DNA of 64,000 bases. Origin: Paragordius varius (Eukaryota; Animalia; Nematomorpha). The notes beneath the pieces are model-generated. The model was given only the letters and a program-made list of their open reading frames with translations. It ran no database searches and was not told the DNA's origin. The stretch lies in contig OZ176053.1 of assembly GCA_964247055.1 (NCBI GenBank), forward strand, positions 10,354,001-10,418,000. The letters are read 5' to 3'. A program made the position numbers and the translations under genes. Shown piece after piece: positions 1-20,820 of the stretch (within the stretch, counting starts at the first letter, position 1; each line of letters opens with the position of its first letter).

Positions 1-96
1 ACTATTAGGAACAATTTTGATTTCTGCCATGAGAGGCATTTTAAACAGGCTTCCCGTTGTTGAAATAATTATATTAATAAACAATATCTTTAACAG

Positions 97-8913
<8,817 letters not shown>

Positions 8914-9246
8914 AATAATTTAAAATGCAAGCAAAACTTCAATACAGGATTACTTTTTTTATTAAGGGTGTAATCTAATCATAATTATCAAAATTCCACA
9001 TTGTTGCAATAAAACTTAAACATGTTTTTAAATTATATCAAATTTTTACAATTTATTTGATTATTCTTATAATACTCTAATATATAAATGAATCTTTTAT
9101 TGGCCTAAACAATTTTGTCCATTGTAAATTTTTAATAACATTCGATGTTTTTTATCATTTATACAAAGTTATTGATATACAATAAATTATCTTGAATACA
9201 ATATCTTTGCCAAATTGACACCTTTTTAATTCCAAAAAGTATATTA

Positions 9247-12200
9247 TTATGGAGGTCCTTCCTGAATTTGTGATATCTGAGGAGGGGATGATTCGAAGGA
9301 GTCTAAGAATTTTTTACTAACTTTAAATTCGTGTTGGGGCATAACAAAGGCTTTTTCTTTAGGGCCTTTGCTGGCTCGAATACTTGACATAATATTATGG
9401 TGTGTCGGACTGGTATTAAATGGTTCGTGCTCATCATTACTTTGGTTTTGATTATTTGAAGTTGCCCATTCTGATGACGAAGTAGAGGTGGATGGAAACA
9501 TCACCCCTTGCATACTATTTTGATCTACTGAGGTGGCTTTTGCCATTTTATCGAGATGGGTCAAACTTGGTGGTAAGATATTATTGTAGTTATACGTAGC
9601 ATCAGTCTGACGGCTCTTTGAATTGGTCAATGGTAAGTCCTTTCGCTTTAATTCTCGATATTGTCGCTCCAAATCAATGGTTTCAGGGAAATCTTTTTGA
9701 AAGGTTTGGACTGCGCTTTCCTTTGCCTGATCGAATGTTTTAAAAACTTTTGATATCTCCTCCTTCCAACTGGACACTATACCTTGCTTCATTTTATTCC
9801 AATCATTCAGGGCTTCACGTTCAAGTTGATCAATTTTTTCCCGGCCATTCTCATCAAGGACTTCTCGTTTTCTCAATTCCCAATCAGCGATAGCCTTGGC
9901 TTTGGCATCTTCCCATTCATCCTTTCGCTTTTCTTCCAATGTTTCAAGGCGTTCTATTTCTACAATGATATAATAACGAGTATATTGGACAATGATTAAA
10001 TACGGTCCAACGAGAAAGTCTAAACATTCACTCAAAATAATTTGGTATGATTTTAACATTTGAACACGTCTTTTGATATGTTTGTTGTTATAAAAACGTT
10101 GATGCCTATGGCAATTGCGTACAGATAATTTTAAGCATTGAAAATAGGCCTAAAAATTAAACTTGAATTAAGGTTGTTCTCTAAAACCGGAATCGTGTTA
10201 ACTGCAAAAAATGGCGAACCCCCTCATATGTGGAAATTGTTAACTTGAAATTATCATTTTCCTATTCTTCTTTCAAATTATATTTTGCTTATGACATAAA
10301 GCCAACCATTTTTTTAGATTTTTACGTGATTCTTTTAATGCATAACCTAATCGTTTATAGACCAAAATATATTTTGCCAGCAAATATTCTAAATCAAAGA
10401 AAATATCATTTTTACAATATAATATATTTAAAAAAATTTAAATTTTCCATTTTTTATTGAAATTTAAACTATTTAACCGATTCCGGAAAATAAAATTCTA
10501 AGTAAAAAACATGATTTTCATTATATTTGAAATTTTGTTTTTTACCTAAAAATGATTTTTTGTTATTTAAATTTTTTGGAAATTTAAACAACAAAACATA
10601 AAACCACCCATTTTGGGTTATGAACGAATCAAGGTGAAAGAATTAGACATTTAAGTAAAGTTGTTTAATGAAAACTAAATGCGCTGTCTCAAAAAAATAT
10701 TTTACAAATATGATAACTATATTCCAAAAGGTAAACAATATCTATTTCAAATTTTATTAAGTCCGAAACTCTGCTAAAAACTATTCTTAAAACAAAAAAC
10801 CTATATTGTTGGATTTAATATATGCTAGTTGACCTTCAAATATAATTTAGCACAATTTGGCTTAAAATATATTTTTTTAAAAAAAATTGTTGAAGCATAT
10901 TTTATTGTGTTAATAAAGACACTTTGAGAGCAGAAACGCTTAATCTAAAAATTTGAGATTGAAAATTTAAAGCATAAAATTTTATTTAAAAGATCTGTTT
11001 GCTATCAAATTTTGGTGATTTTTGAAAAAATTCATTTATGTATTCTAATATTTGCAGATTAGCAATATTCTTAGGTATTAATCTTCATCAGCATTATATT
11101 AATAGGTGTTTAAAGGGATAACGTGTTTTTTTATCGTTTTCATCATGGTTAAAAATACCGGAAAATCATTAAATTTAGGGAAAATGCTTTTTTCAAAGAT
11201 TATTTATTTTATGTCATAATATAGCATAAATTATGAATAATGCGCAATGTCAGCTCTTTATGGCTTATTTTTAAAATTTTTGTATTATCTTAAAATGAAA
11301 GAATTTACATAGATATATACCATTTACAATTCAAATTCACCCTCGAACAATTCAAATTCACCCTTGAACAATTCAAGTTCACCTTAAAAATAAATTATGT
11401 GTTTTCGGGCTAAAATAACTCATTATTAATATGAAATATTTTATGTTTATGGCATAGTTTATTATTTTTTGCGTATTATATTAATTTTAAACAAAATTGT
11501 ATTTTTTAAAAAATAAAAAATATGGGTATTTTAATCCTAAAAACACATAATTTATTTTAGGGTGAATTTGAATTGTTCAAGGGTGAATTTGAAGTGTAAA
11601 TGATAATTATCATTTGTTAAGAGATTATTAGTATTTTTTTCGAATCAGGCTTCTGCCAAAAAATTTTACTTCGCATAAAGTGCGCTTTGCGGGTTTTTTT
11701 ATATGAAGTTACCATACAATTCAGAATATTTTTCTTAAATGACGCGTAAGGCCCAAAAATGCAATTAATATTTTTACTGTCATTTTATTTTGGCATACTA
11801 AAATTGTATTTACCGTACCCGTATTATCTCTCATTTTTTTCTCCCGTTCCCAATCCCTTAAAGCTTTATCAAGGGAGCGCTCAAAATCAACCATTATATT
11901 CTTTTTAAAAACTTTCCAATGTTCTTCCATCAATCGTTGCCTTTCCTCACGCATATAATTCCATATTTTTAGTGCATCAATTTTTTGGCTCTCCCAATCC
12001 TTCATAATTTTTATCCTGTCTTGCGTCCATCTAACAAATAATTCTTCCTGCTTAGCTTTAATCCGCGTCTCATCGAAAGTAATGAAATTTTGTTTCATCT
12101 CTTCCCACTCTTTGTGTAATTGTTCCTTCTCCTTATCTAATTCTGCGATGTGCTTTTTAAGTTCGGTATCCCATGTGCTTTGAAGTTTGTCCAAAAAAAG

Positions 12201-13455
12201 TTTACTTCGCACATCTTTCCATTCTCTTAGCATGTCACGCCGATTATTTTTCCAATCATTTAGGGCCCTTATCCGTTTTCGTTTCCACTCATGGATTTGA
12301 TCTAAAATTCTTTGATATTCATCTTCTTCATTTCCTAAGCCTATGTCCACGATTGGTAAATGGTAAAGCTCCCGATTATCATTCGCCTTTGTTTCCATTT
12401 GGAAAGATTTCGATTTTGACGTGTCTTTCTTGGCAATATTTTCTGAATTCTCCAACTTTGATGATGTTAATGATGATTTTGACATTATTAAGTTGGAATC
12501 GTTTGACTCTTTTTTTACAGAATTCCTATTAGGTTTTTCATTATCGGCCTACAATAATATAATTAAATTTGATATTACAGATCATCATTGATATATTATA
12601 CCTTATATGTGGTATCTGTGATTTCCTTCATACCTATATAAAATATAAATTTATCAAGTTATAAAATGGTGTAAAATCCTAAATTTGCGTTTTAAGGCAC
12701 AAATTTTATATGTTTCATTATTTCGGTAAAATGTCACAAACTGGAAAAAAATATAAAATACAATCCTATCTTGATAAACCGTTTAGTTGGTTTTCGTCAT
12801 GCAGAAAATCTTTACTATTCTTCTTAAGGTTTGCATTGGATTCCTTTGCATTTTTTTCGGACGGTTGTTTGGTTTTCGAAAAAATACTTTTCAAGGGCAC
12901 ATCTTCCCCTTGAATAACATTGGGTGGATTGCTTTGTGTTGTTGTTTGCATTGAAAGTATGTTGGAACTTGGTTTATTTTTTGGTAATAAATTGACACTC
13001 ACATGTTTAGAGGATAATTTGCGTGTCAACTCACGGCTCAAAGATTTTGGTAAACCAGAAAGTGATTTTTTTGGCCTAGGTCCAAAATTTGTAACAGACG
13101 TAGTACTGACAGAAGGGAGGGGTTCATTTGATTTTGCTAGCACGTTTCCCACATCATCCAGATCGAAGGGATCAACGGTACTCCCGCTCATGGTTGGAAG
13201 AAAGGGGTGAGATGAAGACAGATCATCAGGGAATTCGTGAGAACTGCTGGTCCCTGAACTACCGATTGTGGATGATGTACTACTCAAGCTACTACTATTT
13301 CTACCTTCTTCCGATTTTTTATCTCTATCTTTCGGTTTAGATTTATTGATAGTTTCTACTAGACTTGTTTTACTAATGATTGGTTCATCTGAAAATTCAG
13401 AATCTAGGGCTGCTTGAAGCGTTTTTTCAGTCTTGTCAAAATCCAAACGACTCAT
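9247..13455 (-). CDS. Uncharacterised ~716-aa protein: Ser-rich disordered N-terminus, Trp-periodic charged helical core, low-complexity C-terminus
   Basis: Exons 13455-12780, 12633-12602, 12548-11819, 9959-9247 join with GT-AG sites and consistent phases (2151 nt, divisible by 3), linking ORFs 12766..13455, 11721..12485 and 9247..10059. An in-frame stop lies a few codons upstream of the ATG. No family recognised. Confidence 0.8.
11321..11602. mobile_element. MITE family A, copy 1 (TIR CCATTTACAATTCAAATTCACCC with subterminal ~21-bp tandem units)
   Basis: Left CATTTACAATTCAAATTCACCC and right GGGTGAATTTGAAGTGTAAATG are near-perfect inverted repeats; the unit AATTCAAATTCACCCTyGAAC recurs 2-3 times at each end. 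Confidence 0.8.
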
Positions 13456-15499
13456 GTGTCGTAATGATTTCGCGACACTGTGTTACAGCAAACTATATTG
13501 TCCCAAAGACATTGATGTTAACTTTTTTTCGATATTTTAATTAGCGCTCTGCGATGTGCGGTATTCAAAAATGACCCATGAAATGTGTACTGACAATTAT
13601 ATAATTATTATTATCATATACAATCTATATAACATATTGTATTTAACATTAAATAATAAAATATTTTGAAAGTGTTCAACAATTAACAATTTTAACAGCC
13701 ACACGCACACCGTTTTTTATGTTTAATGTAAAAAATGTATTTATATTATTCATTTATTATCAGAATATAAATACATATATCAGCATAATCAATATTTTTA
13801 TATTATATTAGAGTTTCCAAATATACTTTTTCTATGTTCAATTATTTTCTTATCATCAATTACGGATCATACTGATTAAATGGGGCACACCTATTGCAAA
13901 ATTTATTTTTGTTTTTTTTTCTGATTGAACAGATCGATCTAACAACATTATTTCATAAAAAGATGTATCTGCATATATATTTTTATATTATAAACGAATC
14001 AAATTTATTTATACTTGCAAAAATTATTTTGTAATATATTAATTACATTTATTGAAATACAAAAAATGGATAAAATAGTTAAAAGGACCAACGAATATTA
14101 CAAAATTGCCCAAATATTTTGAGTCTTGGCAAAATGTATTCCAGTTGATACAATCAATCTATAAATTATGCAATAAATATAATAAATTTTACATAAACAA
14201 TAAATATAATATTTGAGAGCATTGAGGAAGGAGTGTAAATGAATTCAGCAATAAATAACTTTTGCATGTTTTAATATTCAAATATAAATTATTTAGCACA
14301 GACTCTCGAAAACGAAAAAATAAACTTGATTATAAATTTATTTTGTTACTTTTAATTAATAATTTTATGTATTTTTCCTAAACTTATATGATATAAATTT
14401 TAATTGCTCATCAAATTTGTGCAATTTTACAAAGAATATGCGCGCAAATTTTACATAATAATATGAATCCTTTTTTTATGAACTATTCTATAGAATTTAT
14501 TCCTTGAAATGTTGAAGGTACACATTTATATTTTTTGCAAATTCGGATCTTTATGATATTACTTTGTGCATAGAAACTGTGATAATTATATTATCAACCA
14601 CCTTGACAAGATAGGCTTAAACAAGGGATTGATTTTAATTTTTTTTAAAGTGGGACCTTTATTACAAACATTAATGGGACAGCTATAATTTCACATAATT
14701 TCATAACAAAGCGATTTCGGCCAAAATGGTGTTAACTGCAAGTTTTATTTGCAATTTTTTTGACGGTTTCGGTTCCAATGTTTTGTGCGAAAAAATTTTG
14801 TTTCCGGTTCCATCTTTTTTTGTCAAATGGTGGTAATTTTGAATCCATTTTTTCAAATTTAAATAGAAAATTTTACTTATGAAATGAGACTTCGCAAAAA
14901 CATAAAGAAAAAAATTTATATGCTATTTTCCATAAAAACATACTTATTAATTAATGAGAAAATGATATTAAAAATGGTTATAGCACATAATATTTAAAAT
15001 TAAAAAATACAATTTTGAAATTATTAAAATCTTAAATTCCGATTATTGAAATAATAAAATAATAAAATAAACAGTATTTGAATTACACCAATTTTTCTGC
15101 CTGCTATTACCATGAATATATAAAATCTTATAAGATATATATGGTAAGACGAGCTTGGCTTGTGCCAGTTTAAGATGTCTAGACCCAAAAAGATTTTACA
15201 TTAGATTTTTGCCCTAAAACCTTTCAAGAAAAAAACCTTGATATTTGTTCAGAAAAAAACTATTATTTTTCTCAAAATGGCTAAAAAGCAATGTTAAAAA
15301 ATTTGAAATTAATAAATATTATAAATTCATTGTGCGACAAAAAGGTTTATTCAAAAATAAATGTTATGTCATATATAATATGAAAAAACTTCGACAACGA
15401 TAATGGGCTTGAAAAACAATTTTTTTCGAATTTTTCTGCTAATTGTCAAAATCGAAAACGTATTTTTTGCTCTTTAGGTCAAATAAATATTTTTGTAAT

Positions 15500-16500
15500 A
15501 GAACAAAATGCGTCTTAGAGAAATGCATCAGAATAATCATGGTGCTTTGGTTTTACTCCTTAAGAAGGATTCAAGAAAGTTTTTTACATTGTGGTAAATG
15601 CTCCACTAGAAAATTGTAAAATCCAGGCACGCTTTGTTAAATAAAAATTTTTTGGTGATAACTACATGCTTTCCAAAAAATATCACTTATATATATTAAA
15701 AACAACATATAAAAAGCCATAATTTTTAGATGTGGGCTTCGAACGTCTTAAAATTTATCACCCTCATGCCGAGATTGCGCAATAAAAATTTAAACAAAAC
15801 GGTCTTCGATAAATTTAATATTTTGCTTAAAAATTTAATTTATAGCAAAATTTTGTTGAACCGTACTTCATAATATTCTAAAGCATGATGGAAACGGTAT
15901 AAATAAGATATTTTAAATGTTATTCTATAAAAGGTGATGGGAAACTCTACCTCAGAATTTTGATTAAAATATTGGTTCGTCTTAAAATTTATTTTAAATA
16001 TAAATTGTCTTTTTGCAAATCCCCCAAATTCAAAAGCAGAATTTTAAATAAAATTCTGTTTGTGATAGAAATGTTCAGCATCATCGAATCTATATAGAAA
16101 AAGTGTTTGTATAATATCTTAAATCGTTTTACTGTTTCCATCATGCCTTAAAATAGTAAAAAGTACACTTCAACAAAATTTTTTTATAAATAAATTTTAT
16201 AAGCAAAATATTTTTTGGTGTCAAAATTTAGCATATATTCAATATTTTTATCGCGCATCCTGCTTTGCGCCCATTTTATAAAAGCGAAAAATTTAGAACA
16301 TTCAGACCCACATCTAAAAAAATATAAACATTGCTTCCACCAAAATAATTTTATTTAAGAAAAGGTGTGCAAATTTTGTCATTTTCTGAAACGGAGCAGT
16401 TAAACTTTTTTGAATCATTAAGAGCCAAAGCCAAGAGCACCATGTAATCCCGATACATTCTTCTATCAAAATATATATATTTCATCAGGATAAATTTTAA
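15500..16500. repeat. ~1-kb imperfect palindrome (foldback-like element)
   Basis: Example: 15881 AAGCATGATGGAAACGGTAT versus 16130 ACTGTTTCCATCATGCCTT; 15537 CATGGTGCTTTGG versus 16430 CCAAGAGCACCATG. Centre near 16000. A related copy lies at ~41540-42310. Confidence 0.75.
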
Positions 16501-16899
16501 ACCCCCAATTTCGGACGCAGTGTTGTTTAAGAAGATTTTATATTTTTAAAAAGACTTTAGAAAGACACATTATAAAGCTAAAAAATTGTTCTTGTATAGT
16601 TTAAACCAAATAAAATGATCATGCGGTAAAATTTTAATTTTTATTTAAACTATCATATAATCACCACTATATAAAGTTTACCAAACTCTGGCGTTCAAAA
16701 AAATGATTTAAGGTCTACGAGTTTTTAAATATGAATAAGTAGCGTATAATTTTTATCTAAATTGTATAAATATTAGAATTACTTTTTATATAATAAATGG
16801 TAACTTTCATTACATCAATTTATTTAGGAAACTTTGGTGGCCGATGATTGAATATTTTAGCTACATTGTAGTCTATTGGGTTTGACCAAAATATAGGTT

Positions 16900-18750
16900 C
16901 CAAAAACCTTTAGAAAAAACGATGATTATGATTAGAAAAGTGTTGAGTTTGGCTGAAAAATTGTTGAGAGTGTTATAATAATGCTTTTGAATGAAAAAGA
17001 TATATGATTTTCTATTAATCAAAAAAGTATTGGCTCTAAGACGATTATCCTGAAAACGTGTAGGCCCATTCGAACTCAAAAGTGGAGAGTTAAATATTTA
17101 TTAATGTGCCGACTATAGTCCAGCCTTATCAACCTTAGTTAAGCCCCACCCCGTATAGAAATAGGGTTTTTAAAAATAGAAGTCGTCGAAATCGTGTTTT
17201 TGAGGCAATTTTCCAGTAAACGTGCAGACCTATCCAATTCAATAATATTTACTATTTATTACAAATTTCCAAAAATAATCGGCCCATATTTTGAATCAGT
17301 CCTGTGTTTTGCTACCTCCGTTAAGGGATTTTGCAAAAAAACTAAATTCCCCGAAAATATGAAGCAAGTTATGAGATTATATAATAAATAGAGGTTTAGC
17401 GATATCTTGAGGTGTTAATATGCTACGATTCCAATTCACCAAACGATTCAAATTCAACCTCAAACAAACAAATTCACCCTAAAAATAAATTGTGTTTTCG
17501 GAATATAACTCATCATTAATATTAAATATACTAAGGCTTTGTTTATGATTTTCTCAGTATTTTAAATTTAAACAAAATTTTATTTTTTAGAATTAAAAAA
17601 ATTATAGGTAATTTTAAACTTAAAAAACAAATAATTTGTTTTAGGTGAATTTGAATTATTTAAGGGTGAATTTGAATTGTAAATGAAATATTTTAGCCCA
17701 GTGTCTTTTTGAATTAGGCGCTGAGTATGGCTCCGCCCTCTGTAAAATGTGCCACCATTTAGAATTAACATAGTTTTGAAGAATATTTTCGGTAAACGCA
17801 TGAAACAATGAGATTTGAAAAGAATTTTTGTCATTTTTTGCATAATGGCAAAAGAAATAAACGCTTTTTTTGGGTAAGGCTCCCCCCTCTATAATTGCCC
17901 AATTATGTAAAATAACGTGGTTTGAATCAAATTTTTGGATAGGCTTCGAAACCATGTAATATGTATTATGGTATAATGGATATTCCCCTTATTAAGCAAA
18001 AAACTTAAGTCAACTTTTTTAAATTAAATGCTATTAATTTTAAATTAAATTTGAAGTTAATTTTCGGACAACCTATGAAAATATTTGGATTTAAAATGCT
18101 TTTAAAAAGCATTTTTAAAGTTAGAATAGTCCAGCGCTCTTTTTAAATTAGCCTTGAGTGATCACCCGTACTCAGACTCAAGCATATATAAATAACATCC
18201 AAACTAATATTTCGCACAAGTAATGACAACAAATATAAAATTAATAGTGGTTTTAAGTTTTCGCGTATAAAGGCGAAATTCGTAGTTTAGCGCTTTTTAT
18301 ATCACCCTGTGGGTAAAGGCTCAATCTATGGTATTTGAGTTACCATAAAATAACGTGGTTTTAGAGCTTCAAAGCTAATAGATTATGTAATAATAATAAT
18401 GGTTTTGAGTATCATGAACTGAGGCAAAAATTTAATCCAGCGCTTTTCTTAAGATAGGTGTTGGGTATGGCTCTGCAATAAAATTCCATATAATGTTTTT
18501 GTCAAAATATCTATTTAGGTATTTTTTGTTAAAAGCAGAAAATTCAGTCTAGCGCTTTATTGAATTCTGGTTAGAGAGAGGTTAAAACATATATAAATAA
18601 CGCGTCTAAGCAAATTTCAGAAAACTATGGCAACATATGGATTAAAACATGGTTTTTATTTTCCGTTAAAGACAAAAACTTAAGTCCTTTGCTCTTTATG
18701 TATAAGCCAGGGGGCCATATTATGTCAAATTCGTCACTACAAAAATATTA
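16900..18750 (+). repeat. Helitron-related degenerate sequence with diverged ~110-160-bp internal repeats, interrupted by a MITE A copy
   Basis: 17040-17090 and 17145-17240 resemble the Helitron interior at 19580-19690 (ATCGTGTTTTTGAGrCAATTTTCC). The motif AGCGCT(T)n recurs at ~18133, 18289, 18439 and 18551. Confidence 0.5.
17421..17685. mobile_element. MITE family A, copy 2
   Basis: Same AATTCAAATTCACCC units on the left and GGGTGAATTTGAATTGTAAATG right end as 11321-11602; internal sequence also similar. Confidence 0.75.
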
Positions 18751-19440
18751 CATGACCCTGACTCAACCTTTTGGATAATAAGACTGTGTAATATTTTATT
18801 TCTTTGCAGATCACGGTTGAGTCATTCCTTCAAATTGGTTGTCTTATCAGGTTTACATTAATAAACATATTTTGCCAAATTTAGGGTCAAAATGTAGATT
18901 TTCTAATATTCCTATTATTTATTAAAAAGAAACTCTCTATATTTCAAAATCCGAGAAAAATGGGAGCACTTTGCTAATAAGGAAAATATACTCACCAAAA
19001 CTGATTTTAGCCAGCTGTTAGTAAGATTGTTAAAAAATATGAACCCAAATAAACTTTGCCATAGATAATAGCGAAATACATAATTTATAAGCTAGCTTCG
19101 ATATTTATATAGTAAAGCGTATAAGATGTAAAAATCAGGAAATAAAATCAAACGTTTTTCATAAATTTTTTTAAAAGTTTGCACATAGACGTGTTAAAAT
19201 ATGACAAATTCACCTAAAATAACAGTTCCTAAAATGCTTAGTCTTTTTAATATTTTGTATTAAAAACGTTTGATTAACTCGTTCGATACCTGGTGGAGAT
19301 AAATTGAAATATATGTTTTATAAAGCATATAGCATCAATTTTTTAGAAATTTGCTAAAAACTAATTAACCCATAAATTATATATATGTATAGGATGTTAA
19401 AAAATATATGGATAAAAACAACATTATTTATGGTAATTCA

Positions 19441-20028
19441 TCTATATATTTTATAAAAATGGAAAATGCTGGCTTTGTGATCTGTTTCCGGAAAACCGGT
19501 AAACCCATTCAAATCCAAATATCGAAAAAAATATAATCAATGAATACCAATAGCTTCGCCCTTTTTTGTAATAGGCCCCCATTTCGGGCCCACCCCCTGT
19601 GAAAAAGGCGTTTTTTTGAAAAAAAGAATCCACAAAAATCGTGTTTTTGAGACAATTTTCCGGATAACGTGTTGGACCATTCAATTTCAAATATGATTTT
19701 TGTTTACTTATTTTCGATTGCGCCGAACATAGTCGTCTCGCTTCTTTAATTTAGGCCCTCTTTTTACCCGCTCCTCCCGTAAAATGCCATTTTTCAAAAA
19801 ACAGTCCACAAAAATATTTTTTGAATCTATTTTTCGCCCAAGTAAACAATATATTAGTATGAATGCACCGTTTTGAAATTCCTAAGAGACCATAGCTATT
19901 AAAAAATGTTTCGAAATAATTCTTATATGTGGATCATTTTATTGTCCTTTTTTTTCAAATAGCCCCCCCCCCCCCCAGAAGTCCGAAGGACTTCCTCGGG
20001 CTGCGTAGCTGCACGAGATTTACGCTAG
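19441..20028 (+). mobile_element. Non-autonomous Helitron, copy 1
   Basis: Inserted between A and T. Starts TC (TCTATATATTTTATAAAAATGG) and ends CTAG. GC-rich hairpin CTCGGGCTGC-GTA-GCTGCACGAG lies 7 nt before CTAG. Colinear with 40035-40599. Confidence 0.85.
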
Positions 20029-20820
20029 TTGTATAATAAAATTATAGATTTCTGCATCATGTATATAAATTGATTAGAAAAAAATCAGTCAACCCAACTT
20101 GGCCTATTTGAAATTTATATTTTTCCCATAATAACATAGTTGTATATTTAAATAATCTTTGTTAAAAAACATTGTACCATATATATAAATTTTATTTAAA
20201 ATATTTTATTTTTAAACTACATAAATTGCGCTAGCAAAAGTTACCTTAAAGCCATCGCTTAAATAAACTAACCTTGCAATCTATAACGTTATTTTATATA
20301 GAATCCATGATGGTAGAATGACGGTTATGAAAGATGATGATGTATACGTCGGAAATTTTGTCAAAATATCATGGTTGTAATAAATTCAACTGCCCGATTA
20401 ATGTTTTTTTTTTCGAATTGTGTAAAAAGTTTTAATGTTTATTATTTTAATTCGGCTTAATAGGTTGTTACATGTAGATTTTTAATTTTATTTACCCTAA
20501 ACTTTTTGACTATTGGTTAATATTATTATTAAAAATAAGCTTCTATAAGCTACACATTAATGTTTGTCATACAAATTTTATATTTAATTTGAATGAAAGA
20601 AAACTACAACGCTTCTCAAAGAGGTCATTTATTTCGTTTTTTACAGATGGTGTCTTACAAATGTATATAAATACATGTACATTATGCTTGATTAGATTTA
20701 TAAATATAGATATCTCTATTTTTTGTTATTATTAAAATATAGATTAATATGGTTTTAAATGGTTATGCCTCTCAAAACAATACACTTGTTTACCATAACC
20801 CAAATTAACGCGACATAACG

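Noticed and set aside
11329-11385. AATTCAAATTCACCC direct repeats as a CRISPR array
   Set aside because: Units are adjacent with no unique spacers, are mirrored at the other end of a TIR element, and lie in eukaryotic introns with no cas genes.
18810-18850. Exon-like segment (TTTGCAG|...CAG|GT) and a similar one at ~20647-20662 as upstream kettin coding exons
   Set aside because: An in-frame TAA precedes the ATG at 20821 and the peptides are unrecognisable. They could be UTR exons, but I cannot support that.
19451-19690. Similar short ORFs at 16873-17079, 19451-19690 and 40044-40229 as a small gene family
   Set aside because: They fall inside Helitron or Helitron-related repeat copies; the similarity is at the DNA repeat level and the frames are not preserved.
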